Part shown: piece by piece, positions 28,889 through 38,538 of the stretch
Position numbering within the stretch: position 1 is the stretch's first letter
Layout: each line of letters opens with the position of its first letter
IMG/VR virus record: IMGVR_UViG_3300023238_000005
Coordinates: 1-64,000 of that record
Length of the DNA stretch: 64,000 nt
Strand: one strand, 5' to 3'
Source of the DNA: a virus
The notes under the pieces: model-generated
What the model was told of the DNA's origin: nothing
The model's database searches: none
What the model saw: the letters and a program-made list of their open reading frames with translations, nothing else
Made by a program: the position numbers and the translations under genes

Positions 28889-30679
28889 TTAAATTTTCAT
28901 TATGTCGAAAGGAGCACTTTGTAGTAACTGCTCTTTGCGATAATCGATTGTACTACTACTAAACCAATTTGTAAAGAGGTCAGTGTCAGCAATACTTACG
29001 GTCGGCAACATTTCTGCCATTGTGTCTGCGTCGATGATGTGCTTTAAGTCTTTCTCACTCCAACTACCCAAGCCTTTTACATAGCTTACGTCTAGCTTGT
29101 GATCAATCTTGTTTACATCTGCAAACGTGTATGCCCATTCTTTAACAATGTTGTTCTTCTTGCCAATTGCAATAGGTGTGCGTAGGATCTTCATCTTGCC
29201 ATTATTTAAATGCTCCGGAAAGTACTTAAACATAAACAACGATACTAGTCCTGTAATACGCATGCCATCTGCGTCAGCGTCAGTTGCTAAACAAATCTCT
29301 GCTTCTGGAAACATTGTAATAATGCTGTACAGTTCGCTAAGTTCTTTGTTCGCCATAAACTTCTGATGCGACACTTCTAGTACATTAAGCGGAACACCTT
29401 TGAGTGCATAAAACGCATTACCTTTGCGTCCTAAACATTTAATCAAGCCACCACTTGCTGAGTCACCTTCTACAACAAAGATCCTGTCAGTGTTGCGTCC
29501 AATAGCTGCAAAGTACTTGTCGCTTTTAACTTTCTTTGCTTTCTCTAGTTTGCCTAAGTCTTTCTTAGCATTAAGATCATCTTGCAATCTAGTGTAAGCA
29601 CAAATCTCATCAATAAGCTCTGCGTTCTTCATTAGCTTTGCAACAACTTTGCTTACGTCAAAGTCGCCAATAGCATCGCGGCATTCTGCATTTGAGTTTG
29701 TTACACGCTCTTTAGTTTGCGAGTCAAACTTTAGTGCTGGGAAGCCGTTTACAATAGCATGTACTCGCAGGTGTTGCTTCAAACGTGCCGCACTAATATC
29801 TACTTTGCGTCGACGCTTTAGTACTTCACGTAAGTTACCAATCACTGCACTAATAAAGAAGTCAATGTGTGTGCCGCCTTTAACACTCAAGCCATTTACA
29901 AGCGAGTGTGATTGGAAGCTGCCGTCTGACTTAGTAATACCAAATACTGCTTTCTCTGTATTGAACACATCACATGTTCCAAAGTAGTCAGCAAATTTTA
30001 GTTTAATAGTTTTGCGGTTAAAGCGGAAGCGTACTGTATCAAAAGCAAGTGCTAATGAACGCACACGTTCTTCGATAATATCTGTGTGTGCTTGGTCAAT
30101 ATTCTCCATACCAAAGAAAGCATAGTCAGGTTGGAACTTTACAGTTGTACCTTTTAACGATGTTTCTTTAGTGCGGATACGATCAATCTGCCCGTCCTTG
30201 CCTACCATTTGTACTTGCAGTTTGCCGTCACTACTCTTAGCATCAAACTTAGTAGATGTTACAAACGTAATCATACTGCCAACTCCGTTCATGCCAATGC
30301 TTTCGCGATTGTCATCATCAAAGTTACTACCAGCTCTTGCTCGCGTAAATGCACTTACCATTTGGTATTCTTTACCATCCGGAGTATCAATCTCTACACT
30401 AGGAATGCCACGACCGTTGTCGCTTACAACAATAGTACCGTCAGCTTCAATGTCTACATCAATACGTGTAGCAAACTCGCGGTTAGTGCGAACGTGTTCG
30501 TCTACACTGTTGTCAATAATTTCGTTGATAACTTTTAACAAGCCGCCTACGATGTTTACTTTTTTAAACTCTGCGTTGATAAAAGATACTTCTTCTTGTA
30601 CAACCTGCGAGCCGCCGTACATGGAAAAGCGTTTGCGGATGTGTTCTGCATCCGATAATAGTTTAAAGTTATCAGTCAT
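28889..30679 (-). CDS. Type II DNA topoisomerase, ATPase/TOPRIM subunit (gp39+gp60 uninterrupted)
   Basis: EIIDNSVDE, DNGRGIP, GMNGVG, EGDSA, DADADG, KGLGS. Confidence 0.94.
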   Translation of the reverse strand: MTDNFKLLSDAEHIRKRFSMYGGSQVVQEEVSFINAEFKKVNIVGGLLKVINEIIDNSVDEHVRTNREFATRIDVDIEADGTIVVSDNGRGIPSVEIDTPDGKEYQMVSAFTRARAGSNFDDDNRESIGMNGVGSMITFVTSTKFDAKSSDGKLQVQMVGKDGQIDRIRTKETSLKGTTVKFQPDYAFFGMENIDQAHTDIIEERVRSLALAFDTVRFRFNRKTIKLKFADYFGTCDVFNTEKAVFGITKSDGSFQSHSLVNGLSVKGGTHIDFFISAVIGNLREVLKRRRKVDISAARLKQHLRVHAIVNGFPALKFDSQTKERVTNSNAECRDAIGDFDVSKVVAKLMKNAELIDEICAYTRLQDDLNAKKDLGKLEKAKKVKSDKYFAAIGRNTDRIFVVEGDSASGGLIKCLGRKGNAFYALKGVPLNVLEVSHQKFMANKELSELYSIITMFPEAEICLATDADADGMRITGLVSLFMFKYFPEHLNNGKMKILRTPIAIGKKNNIVKEWAYTFADVNKIDHKLDVSYVKGLGSWSEKDLKHIIDADTMAEMLPTVSIADTDLFTNWFSSSTIDYRKEQLLQSAPFDIMKI

Positions 30680-30708
30680 GAAATGCCTCTGTTTTATAGT
30701 ATATGCTT

Positions 30709-30737
30709 ATTATATAGCCATATAATGAAAAAGTCAA
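30709..30737 (-). promoter_or_regulatory. Sigma70-type promoter upstream of the topoisomerase genes
   Basis: TTGACT-N17-TATAAT. Confidence 0.8.
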
Positions 30738-30976
30738 GAATTACTTGACTTTTTGAGTGCATCAATGATGTCTTTTTGTTCTTGTTTAAAGCTTGCATAC
30801 TGCATACGAACAAGCTCAACTACTAAATCAACTAGTATTGCAGCAGGCGCAATACCAATGCCGCCATCTACAAACATTTCAGCAAGTAAGCCTATTGTGA
30901 AATAAGCAATGTAACGATACGTATATGGTTGCATGCCCGTGAAGTTCCATTTAATGAAATGCATTAAGTGCTTCAT
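30734..30976 (-). CDS. Hypothetical membrane protein
   Basis: Hydrophobic ORF with SD. Confidence 0.5.
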   Translation of the reverse strand: MKHLMHFIKWNFTGMQPYTYRYIAYFTIGLLAEMFVDGGIGIAPAAILVDLVVELVRMQYASFKQEQKDIIDALKKSSNS

Positions 30977-30998
30977 ATCTTTTTCCTAATTTTGTTTG

Positions 30999-31148
30999 TT
31001 ATCGAGTGGCTTCGTCGAGTGAAGTGGCTACATAGTTAACGCCATTTTTTACTCTGTCACCTGCATCTGCAATAGTGTTAGTATCTAGTATGCCGTAGCC
31101 AACTAACCCTACTACTAACAATGCGCCAATAAAAATACCTTTAATCAT
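30999..31148 (-). CDS. Small membrane-anchored protein (49 aa)
   Basis: Hand translation MIKGIFIGALLVVGLVGYGILDTNTIADAGDRVKNGVNYVATSLDEATR. Confidence 0.55.
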   Translation of the reverse strand: MIKGIFIGALLVVGLVGYGILDTNTIADAGDRVKNGVNYVATSLDEATR

Positions 31149-31257
31149 TAGGTGTTATCTCCATCGGTATAGGTTAGTTTTGATTTATCAAAAATATCAC
31201 TATCTTTCATTCCAATCAATTTTTTGAATCGTTTCCATACTGCTTTTAATTTATTCA

Positions 31258-32613
31258 TTATATCTTCTCTCCTGGCTCAAAGCCTCGGAATGTTTTAAAT
31301 CGTGGAAAACGCAAACTATAAATTCCGTCTTGATTCTGTGTAACAGCGTCAGCTCTTACTTCAACGAGATTGCCAAGAAGAGCATCACGACTAGACCAAT
31401 AGTCGTCCCTATGAACATCAGTGAAGCCACTACCGACATTAACGAAAATACTTTTACCATCGTCGACTCCTTCGCAGACAATCGCTCCAAGTCTGCCTTC
31501 ATTACGTCCAGTACCTTCTTCAACATCTACAACCTCCAATGTTACTTCAATAAACGGCTTTGCTTTAAGCCAAGCGTGAGTTCTTTTACATTCATACGGA
31601 GCATCTGGATCTTTAATAAGAAGACCTTCATAGCCGCCGTCTACAGCCGCCTTATTAAGCTCAACAAAGCGAGCTTCGCCTTCTTTTGAATCTAAATCGA
31701 CATCTTCCCATTCGCATGCTTGTACGTGCTGAAGTAAGCTCTCGTTCTCCAGTACCCAATACTTAACTAAGTTACTGCGAGTAGTCTGCGGTGTGTTCCA
31801 CGATCCTTTAAGAAAGTCTACTAGTGGGATAAAATCAAACAAGTGTAGTACTGCATCAGTTGCTTTCTTGCCATCTTTACGTTGCAACTGCTTCATAAGA
31901 TCCTGGAAGTCTGCACTCATCACTTCGCCATCTAGCACACAATCATATGGTGCAGGCTTTGCTGCCAGTACTGCTTCAATCTCTTCAACAATGTGTGGAA
32001 AGTTATGGAACTGTCTGCCGTTACGACTAAACAGTTCTACCTTACCTGCGCGACATACAGCCAGTACACGTACACCATCCAGCTTAACTTCGATTTGTTT
32101 TATGCCAACCATCTTCTTTTCGTGGTTAGCACTGTCATGTGCAAGTTGGCATCCAAAGATTGGAATAGCGTATTGCGGAAACTCTTTGGCTACTTTGTTA
32201 ACAGTCTTTTCGCTCATGCCGCATCGTAAGTCTTTGATTAAGATGCGTCTGTAAAACATATTCCACTGTTCAGTAGTAGCAACACTCATTGCAAGTTCAA
32301 TTGCATCACGTGCCGCGTGTCCTGTAAGCTCTCGATTAATAAGTTGGAATGCTAGTGATTTGAATGTTATCCAGTCCAAGCCTTGTCCACTAAGTACGTC
32401 TGAACGCTCCGGAACTTTCTTAACTCCAAATGTTACAAGCGGATCAAGTGCCATCGTAATGCCTTCAAAGAACTCATCAAGTCCTTCCTGCATTGCTTCT
32501 AGTAGAATTGCTTGTTTAGCGAGCTTGCTATTGTCAGCTTCTAAATGTTTGATAATTTCTTGTGGTTGCATTCGCATGTAGTCACCTGCTGTTGTAAATT
32601 TCATATCGTTCAT
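31258..32613 (-). CDS. ATP-dependent DNA ligase
   Basis: EVKLDGVR (motif I), LDGE, EGLLIK, WLKAK, SLRFPRF. Confidence 0.95.
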   Translation of the reverse strand: MNDMKFTTAGDYMRMQPQEIIKHLEADNSKLAKQAILLEAMQEGLDEFFEGITMALDPLVTFGVKKVPERSDVLSGQGLDWITFKSLAFQLINRELTGHAARDAIELAMSVATTEQWNMFYRRILIKDLRCGMSEKTVNKVAKEFPQYAIPIFGCQLAHDSANHEKKMVGIKQIEVKLDGVRVLAVCRAGKVELFSRNGRQFHNFPHIVEEIEAVLAAKPAPYDCVLDGEVMSADFQDLMKQLQRKDGKKATDAVLHLFDFIPLVDFLKGSWNTPQTTRSNLVKYWVLENESLLQHVQACEWEDVDLDSKEGEARFVELNKAAVDGGYEGLLIKDPDAPYECKRTHAWLKAKPFIEVTLEVVDVEEGTGRNEGRLGAIVCEGVDDGKSIFVNVGSGFTDVHRDDYWSSRDALLGNLVEVRADAVTQNQDGIYSLRFPRFKTFRGFEPGEKI

Positions 32614-32644
32614 TATATTGCCCTTTTGCCTAATTGTTATATAT

Positions 32645-32673
32645 AGTATAACACCTAAATGCCACTATGTCAA
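32645..32673 (-). promoter_or_regulatory. Sigma70-type promoter upstream of DNA ligase
   Basis: TTGACA-N17-TATACT. Confidence 0.8.
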
Positions 32674-32683
32674 CCATTTAGAT

Positions 32684-32902
32684 TTAACGCTTGTATCGTA
32701 CATTGTATCGTACATCTTTGTTCATTTCATTCATAATACGATCTGCTTCAATCCTAGTATTATATTTTACTTCATCTATTGCAATAGTATCAAATACGTT
32801 GCCCCAGAATTTACGTGCCCACGGAGTTAAATTGTCCCGTTCTAGAACAGCATGTACATTTGCTTTACGTTCTAACTGCGTCATTTCATCAAATGGCATC
32901 AT
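32684..32902 (-). CDS. Hypothetical protein
   Basis: SD GAGGTG; gene-dense context. Confidence 0.5.
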   Translation of the reverse strand: MMPFDEMTQLERKANVHAVLERDNLTPWARKFWGNVFDTIAIDEVKYNTRIEADRIMNEMNKDVRYNVRYKR

Positions 32903-33032
32903 GTTTCACCTCTTTGTTTTCTCTGGTATACCATTTTAAACCGCACTCTGCTCCACAGAATATGTGTTGCTTTCCTGCTGAATAATACGGTGAGTATAAG
33001 TATGCTTTGCCACATTCACTACACTTATTCAT
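32889..33032 (-). CDS. Small TRASH/YHS-like zinc-finger protein (47 aa)
   Basis: Hand translation MNKCSECGKAYLYSPYYSAGKQHIFCGAECGLKW (CxxC...FCxxxC). Confidence 0.6.
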   Translation of the reverse strand: MNKCSECGKAYLYSPYYSAGKQHIFCGAECGLKWYTRENKEVKHDAI

Positions 33033-33210
33033 GTTTCACCTTCTCAAATTTGCGGCGGCTCTTGGACCATTGCTTCATAGGCTTTGAAAACATAATCTCT
33101 TCAGTTGTACCTTGCCTAATGTAGCCTGCCAAGTTGCCGCCATCGTTAACAATATATGTGTGATTCTGAACGAGTGTGTCCCATACTGTCACTTCTTTAA
33201 GATATTGCAT
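33025..33210 (-). CDS. Hypothetical protein
   Basis: Coupled ORF in the operon. Confidence 0.55.
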   Translation of the reverse strand: MQYLKEVTVWDTLVQNHTYIVNDGGNLAGYIRQGTTEEIMFSKPMKQWSKSRRKFEKVKHE

Positions 33211-33506
33211 TATGCTTTCTTCTTTGCTGGTTTAGTAAATCCATCTCTTGGGTTGGCGTTTGCTGCCATAGAGCTTTTAAAGCCTCGCTTTATTCTATTA
33301 AGCCTCGATGGATCTGCGCCTGAGACAGTTTCTATTGCCCTAGCAACAGCCGCTAGTTCTAAGTCGCGTGTAGGTGAATTTGACCATTTTTGCTTCTTAA
33401 GAACAATGTCATACAATTCATACTGCCTTTCAAGACTTAACGGTCTGATTAAGTTCCTTGCTTCTTCATCGTAATTACGATTATCTTCCTTTGGTATATG
33501 TTTCAT
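33210..33506 (-). CDS. Hypothetical protein
   Basis: Coupled ORF in the operon. Confidence 0.55.
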   Translation of the reverse strand: MKHIPKEDNRNYDEEARNLIRPLSLERQYELYDIVLKKQKWSNSPTRDLELAAVARAIETVSGADPSRLNRIKRGFKSSMAANANPRDGFTKPAKKKA

Positions 33507-33524
33507 ACTGTATTTCTCAGTTAG

Positions 33525-33674
33525 TTAGTCATCCCACACAATTTTAGTGTGCTTAATTTTCTTCTTCATCTTATTTTTAATTACTTTGGGACGGAAGGGA
33601 CCTTGTGGATCCCTTACCGCCTTTGCTTCAAAGTTGCGTACTTTCGGTGCTTGCGGACGTCGAGTACTTTTCAT
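33525..33674 (-). CDS. Small basic protein, ArfA-like (49 aa)
   Basis: Hand translation MKSTRRPQAPKVRNFEAKAVRDPQGPFRPKVIKNKMKKKIKHTKIVWDD; ATGA-coupled to the HD gene. Confidence 0.5.
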   Translation of the reverse strand: MKSTRRPQAPKVRNFEAKAVRDPQGPFRPKVIKNKMKKKIKHTKIVWDD

Positions 33675-34171
33675 TGACCTAGTGCTTCGTGTGCGGCGTA
33701 GTGGATAGCACTACCTTTGACTTTGTCCAACACTTGGATAAGCAACAGCATTTCTTTGCGGTACACTACATTAAAGCTAGGATCATTGTCGCCAATATCA
33801 TGAGCGTTGTCTATGATGTCAGCACACTTAACAAACTGAGCTTCGTATGTTGCATCTGCACTATGCTGTCTATCCATTGCTTTACGTACTGCACGATTGC
33901 CATCTTCTGGCACACTAACATCAGTAAGACCATCAACGATAAGTGCAACAGCTGGTCCGAACATATCTTGTATATCAACAATGCTTACACCAGTGTCTTC
34001 AACAACATCGTGCAAGTACGCCGCAGAGATCATATCGTCAGTACCACCAAACTTTGCAACAGTTGTTGCAACACGAATAGGGTGTACAATGTATGGCTCA
34101 TCTGTGTATTTGCGCATCTGACCAACAGCAGCGTGAGCAGCAGTTGCGTATGTTAATGCTTGATTTTTCAT
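33671..34171 (-). CDS. Stand-alone HD-domain hydrolase (RelA/SpoT hydrolase / Mesh1-like)
   Basis: AHAAVGQMRK, PYIVHP, LHDVVEDT, KCAD..DN. Confidence 0.85.
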   Translation of the reverse strand: MKNQALTYATAAHAAVGQMRKYTDEPYIVHPIRVATTVAKFGGTDDMISAAYLHDVVEDTGVSIVDIQDMFGPAVALIVDGLTDVSVPEDGNRAVRKAMDRQHSADATYEAQFVKCADIIDNAHDIGDNDPSFNVVYRKEMLLLIQVLDKVKGSAIHYAAHEALGQ

Positions 34172-34225
34172 TGCCTTACCCTTGTTTTTGCAATTTATAC
34201 AACTATTATAGCACTTTGTCAACAA

Positions 34226-34249
34226 AAAAGAGGCAGTTAAGCCTCTTTT
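34226..34249. terminator. Intrinsic terminator-like hairpin, possibly bidirectional
   Basis: AAAAGAGGC-agttaa-GCCTCTTTT inverted repeat. Confidence 0.55.
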
Positions 34250-34533
34250 ATTTGTCTAAATTGCAGTTAGTCTTAGTAAAGTTCTCGCACTTTACAATTT
34301 TAATGTGATCGTGATGTTCTATAATGCGCATGTTTTTAAATTCAAGGCTTGAACAGTTGGCATTTTTACGATTACAAACGCAACACATACCGCCTTTTGG
34401 TTGATATTGATTATTTGTCATTGTAGTCCTGATTCCCTGTCGTGTGCGGCAAACCATTCATCAACGGTATATATGATCGGCGCGTAATACACCCCTTCAT
34501 CACAAAAATCATACGACTCAAACGTGGTTCCGC

Positions 34534-34668
34534 TTATAGTAATAAAATCTTCCTCACTTTTACATATTCCTTACCACTAGATTGCAAGTAAGCCTCAATG
34601 TCACGATCCATATGAACTGTATATCGCCCATCAATATGTTCTAGTGGTACATAAATTATTTTACTCAT
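34534..34668 (-). pseudogene. Short ORF, possibly the truncated N-terminus of a phage glycosyltransferase-like gene
   Basis: MSKIIYVPLEHIDGRYT... stops after 44 aa; family assignment from memory only. Confidence 0.3.
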
Positions 34669-34924
34669 TGGCGTTTCCTTTCTTGTTTTCCCAACTGCTA
34701 TAGTAGTCGTACTGTGTTTGTTTGTTTTCTCCAACATTCCATACTCTTGTTAATGTCTGAGACCACGACGTTTTTGATCCAAAATTGTTACTATGACATA
34801 ATGGCTGCGCTGGGCCTTCACAACACCAACCGTCAGCTAACATTAATTCAACCACACGCGAAAGATTTGCTGAATGTTCTTCCTGTACAATCTCGTATGA
34901 ATGTGTAACAGTTGTATCTGTCAT
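34661..34924 (-). CDS. Hypothetical protein
   Basis: Coupled ORF. Confidence 0.5.
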   Translation of the reverse strand: MTDTTVTHSYEIVQEEHSANLSRVVELMLADGWCCEGPAQPLCHSNNFGSKTSWSQTLTRVWNVGENKQTQYDYYSSWENKKGNANE

Positions 34925-35448
34925 ACAATTTCACCATTAGCTGGAACATCTTCTGCACTAAGTACACATATAATAGGGTCTATGTTAGTTATTTCCTCTT
35001 CAATGATTTGTGAAATAATTTCCCAATCTCCACCTGCTATGCCTGCTCCCATTTTTGGTAGGCCTATAGTAAAACCAGCCGGTAGACTTGTAATTGACAC
35101 ATTAAACGCTCGCAATGAATGCCGCAATGCCTCGTATCGCTCCAATCCGTCATATATTGAACCAACATCTAATACTGTTGTTTTACCAGGATAGTATTGT
35201 CCATAAAAATTTATAATGGTGCCAGACACCCCACCAGTACGCGCTACGAGCGCACACGTCCAATTTCCTAGCTTTTTAATACCCATAGCCATGGTTTTGT
35301 TATCAACTGCTCTAGCTTCTGGCCACCTGTTTGCTATCACTGGTGCAATACCACTTCCCATTTTGCAAAAGCAATTGCATTGATGTCCCATCATGTCTAC
35401 GTCACAATCATCAAATGCAGTTATTAAGCTTTTAACTTTATATTTCAT
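34921..35448 (-). CDS. Macrodomain (ADP-ribose-processing) protein
   Basis: HQCNC...MGSGIA and LPKMGAGIAGGDW. Confidence 0.85.
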   Translation of the reverse strand: MKYKVKSLITAFDDCDVDMMGHQCNCFCKMGSGIAPVIANRWPEARAVDNKTMAMGIKKLGNWTCALVARTGGVSGTIINFYGQYYPGKTTVLDVGSIYDGLERYEALRHSLRAFNVSITSLPAGFTIGLPKMGAGIAGGDWEIISQIIEEEITNIDPIICVLSAEDVPANGEIV

Positions 35449-35590
35449 TTTTTAATCCTTTATAATATCTTCGTAATTAAAGTGGTCGCATAAGTCGTCA
35501 TCGCCGAGGATATGATCTATTACATCATCTTCTTCCTCATAGACACTAATATCAAATTTAGAAATTAGTATAGGAAAAAGGTCCCATGAT

Positions 35591-35947
35591 TCAGGTAGCT
35601 TTATCATTTCCATCTCTTATTTCGGTATACCAGCCCATCTTGTATTCGTCAACAACATCTACACTGTTGATACGATCATAACGGAAACTGCGCCAGCCTT
35701 CTGCATTAACGTCCCATACATTTACAACAGCATCTGACATTTCACGAACCTTCTTTTGACTTAACGGGTCAACTTTAGCTGCTCGAGGCTTCATGTCTTC
35801 TCGTAGTGTACATGTCATTACACGCTTGTCACCACTGATCTTATTAAAGTCAACTACTATTACATTTTGTTCAAGTAGTCCTTTTAGATCCGCTTTGGTT
35901 GGAATACCTTTAATAGCTGCAACTGTATTACTTACTGCGTTGTTCAT
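35591..35947 (-). CDS. SH3/WYL-like phage protein
   Basis: FNKISGDKRVMTCTL...VWDV..EGWRSFR. Confidence 0.65.
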   Translation of the reverse strand: MNNAVSNTVAAIKGIPTKADLKGLLEQNVIVVDFNKISGDKRVMTCTLREDMKPRAAKVDPLSQKKVREMSDAVVNVWDVNAEGWRSFRYDRINSVDVVDEYKMGWYTEIRDGNDKAT

Positions 35948-36000
35948 CGTTTGCTCCTTTTGTTTCACTTCTAACCAACATATATCCAGCCACTGGCTCA

Positions 36001-36618
36001 TTAGCGTTTCTCAACAACTTCGTCTGCAAGTCCATGCTCGACTGCTTCTTGTGCTGTAAGGAATGTATCAAACTTCATAGTTTCAAACAGTTCATCATAT
36101 GTCTTACCAGCTGTGTTATGGCGTACATAAAGCTCTGTAAGGCGCTTGTTAACCTTCTTAGACTCTTCAAATGCTCGTGCAGCATCTTCAAACTGTAGCT
36201 CTTGTACGTGTACGCTACCGCTTGTGCCGCGTGTGCCTGAGCTTACTCTGTGAATCATTGTACGTGCTTCTGGCAGTACAACACGCTTGCCTGCTGTGCC
36301 TGCTTGTGCAAGGAACGATCCCATGCTACATGCTTGACCCATTACAATTGTGCGCACATCGCATTTGATGTACTGCATGGTGTCGTAGATAGCCAGTCCT
36401 GCTGTTACAGCGCCGCCTGGTGAGTTGATGTACAAGTTAATGTCCTTGCCAGGCTCTTCGCTTTCTAAGAACAACATCTGTGCTACAATCAAGTTAGCCA
36501 TGTTATCTTCTACAGGACCGTTAAGCATAATAATGCGGTCTTTCATTAAGCGGCTGTAAATGTCATACGAGCGTTCGCCATTTGATGTTTGCTCGACTAC
36601 CATAGGTACTAGTGGCAT
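36001..36618 (-). CDS. clpP: ATP-dependent Clp protease proteolytic subunit
   Basis: [10 protein letters not shown]...[18 protein letters not shown] (catalytic Ser), MIH. Confidence 0.96.
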   Translation of the reverse strand: MPLVPMVVEQTSNGERSYDIYSRLMKDRIIMLNGPVEDNMANLIVAQMLFLESEEPGKDINLYINSPGGAVTAGLAIYDTMQYIKCDVRTIVMGQACSMGSFLAQAGTAGKRVVLPEARTMIHRVSSGTRGTSGSVHVQELQFEDAARAFEESKKVNKRLTELYVRHNTAGKTYDELFETMKFDTFLTAQEAVEHGLADEVVEKR

Positions 36619-36619
36619 A

Positions 36620-36847
36620 TTAATATCTTCCTTTGTTAGTGTTAAATTGTTTTGGGCCGTCGGTAGTAAATTCCATACCAAGCGCATTACCGACATATGT
36701 TTGGCCATTCCAACGCATGTGGATTTTGTTGCTTGCAACGAAAGCATCAAGTGATTCGTTTACTCTTACGTTGTCGACTTCGCACTCAACTTCCTGCTCG
36801 TTGCGAGTGTTTTTAAGCATTGCTGTCTTACCGAAATAACTGTCCAT
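36620..36847 (-). CDS. Hypothetical protein
   Basis: SD GAGG; promoter upstream. Confidence 0.6.
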   Translation of the reverse strand: MDSYFGKTAMLKNTRNEQEVECEVDNVRVNESLDAFVASNKIHMRWNGQTYVGNALGMEFTTDGPKQFNTNKGRY

Positions 36848-36881
36848 ATCTACCTCAAGTTTGCTACTAATAATTAATACT

Positions 36882-36910
36882 AGTATAACAAACTATGTGG
36901 TAGATGTCAA
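36882..36910 (-). promoter_or_regulatory. Sigma70-type promoter upstream of the clpP operon
   Basis: TTGACA-N17-TATACT. Confidence 0.8.
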
Positions 36911-36919
36911 GCAAATTCT

Positions 36920-37183
36920 TTATAGATTCCTTATTACTTCATCAGCCCCTTTGAGGCGAAGATTAAGAACAAAGTTTTCAACAAGTAACTTAGTAGTTGT
37001 TGCTAAACTAATGTGAAGACGCTGGTCCTCATCCATTGCTGCCATTTGTTCAAGTAAGTTAGAAGCCATCATTTGATATGCTTGTTCCTCGGTGACTTTA
37101 AGTTGACCCCAATCAATTGGGTCAGCTGTATCACATTCCCTTGCTAAGTCTACTAGCCAATCAACTTGTTCTTGTGTTATCAC
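36920..37183 (-). CDS. Hypothetical protein
   Basis: Coupled ORF. Confidence 0.55.
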   Translation of the reverse strand: MITQEQVDWLVDLARECDTADPIDWGQLKVTEEQAYQMMASNLLEQMAAMDEDQRLHISLATTTKLLVENFVLNLRLKGADEVIRNL

Positions 37184-37401
37184 TAGTGCATGACCCTATG
37201 ATCACTTTGATCTGAGTCTCCGTTAGGGTCAATTCCAAACTTCTGAATACACATATCTACAATGCCTTCAGGAATGTCTTGATGGTCCATACCTTTAGGA
37301 ACCCAGATTCCTTTGAGCATTCCGTCACTGCCTACAATTAATCCGTAGTCTGTTGTGTCTAATGATTGTTTAAATTCTAGTGTTATCTGCTTGTGGCTCA
37401 T
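37183..37401 (-). CDS. Hypothetical protein
   Basis: SD AGGAG. Confidence 0.55.
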   Translation of the reverse strand: MSHKQITLEFKQSLDTTDYGLIVGSDGMLKGIWVPKGMDHQDIPEGIVDMCIQKFGIDPNGDSDQSDHRVMH

Positions 37402-37427
37402 GGTATTCTCCTAGTTGTAATATTGCT

Positions 37428-37853
37428 TTACTCGGAGGATTCGTATCGTACAAACTCTCCGTCTTGGATCTTAAATACGTCTACTTCACCGCTACTACGA
37501 ATGTATGCGCGGCCACCGTCAATCATCTTGTCTTCGATTACTTTGTAATCGTGTCGATGTTGACTGTAATAGTATTTACCTTTTGACTCAATCATTCCAA
37601 AGTCAAACGACTCTACTATGTCAGCATTACAAATCATTACTCGTGCATCGCCAGCATAAGGATTACTGTATATTCCAAAGTAGTAATTACCAAACTCAGG
37701 ATGAGGAGTTTCACGATAAAAGATGTCAGCGGCAAAGTCTCCGCCTTCCTGAGTTGCTGTTGTGCATATGTACTTTACAAGTACACCGTCTTTTTCTGTG
37801 TATAACTGTTCTGCTTTTTTTGTGTTAAACAGTGGCGAATGTTGTATATTCAT
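37428..37853 (-). CDS. Hypothetical phage protein
   Basis: C-terminal IDGGRAY motif. Confidence 0.6.
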   Translation of the reverse strand: MNIQHSPLFNTKKAEQLYTEKDGVLVKYICTTATQEGGDFAADIFYRETPHPEFGNYYFGIYSNPYAGDARVMICNADIVESFDFGMIESKGKYYYSQHRHDYKVIEDKMIDGGRAYIRSSGEVDVFKIQDGEFVRYESSE

Positions 37854-38451
37854 CTTGTTTTACCTTTTTAGCGATAGTCTTATGGATACCAGGATTAACT
37901 TTTAATACGCTTGACATCATATCATGTCTAATGTAATTACGAGTATAACATGTATCTGCGTTGCTGTCATCCTCAATATGTGGAACATTGTTTAGTCTTG
38001 CCCAAAGTTCTAAGTCGCGTTTGCGATTTAAACGAAACGGACGAAAGATCCTATCATTACGACTGTAGGGGATAATCTTTCCTGTACCATGCATACTGCT
38101 CCACACCCAGGTTTCTACACAATCATCTAAATGATGTCCTGTAATGACGTCTCGTTCAGTACATCGTTCTAACCAATCGTAACGAACATTACGCCAGTAT
38201 TCTTCTTGACTTTCACTAGCGTCTTTTACTCTAGTGTTAGTTGGAATATTAGTTAGCCAAGGAATGTCTTTTTCCTTACAATACTTTTCAACAAACTGCA
38301 TTGCCTTGTGTCCGTGTTCAGTACCGTGATTAAAGTGTAGTACAAATACATCGTGCTTACGACTTAAGAAGTCAACTACTGCCATACTGTCAACACCTCC
38401 ACTACAGGCAACATAAACTTTACGAGGCAATTTACCTTGTAGTTTAATCAT
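37825..38451 (-). CDS. tilS: tRNA(Ile)-lysidine synthetase-like PP-loop protein (catalytic domain only)
   Basis: ACSGGVDS, RY, TGHHLDD.VET, RP, D.SN...RNYIRH. Confidence 0.88.
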   Translation of the reverse strand: MIKLQGKLPRKVYVACSGGVDSMAVVDFLSRKHDVFVLHFNHGTEHGHKAMQFVEKYCKEKDIPWLTNIPTNTRVKDASESQEEYWRNVRYDWLERCTERDVITGHHLDDCVETWVWSSMHGTGKIIPYSRNDRIFRPFRLNRKRDLELWARLNNVPHIEDDSNADTCYTRNYIRHDMMSSVLKVNPGIHKTIAKKVKQDEYTTFATV

Positions 38452-38538
38452 ACAAAAACATACCTAAGTGTAAAGCCAACAATACAAAAAATTATACACA
38501 CAATGCCGAAGATTGCCTTTGCTTCATCGTGTTCCTCT

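Noticed and set aside
28889-30679. T4 gene 60-style translational bypass or intron in the topoisomerase
   Set aside because: The ORF is continuous with all motifs in frame.
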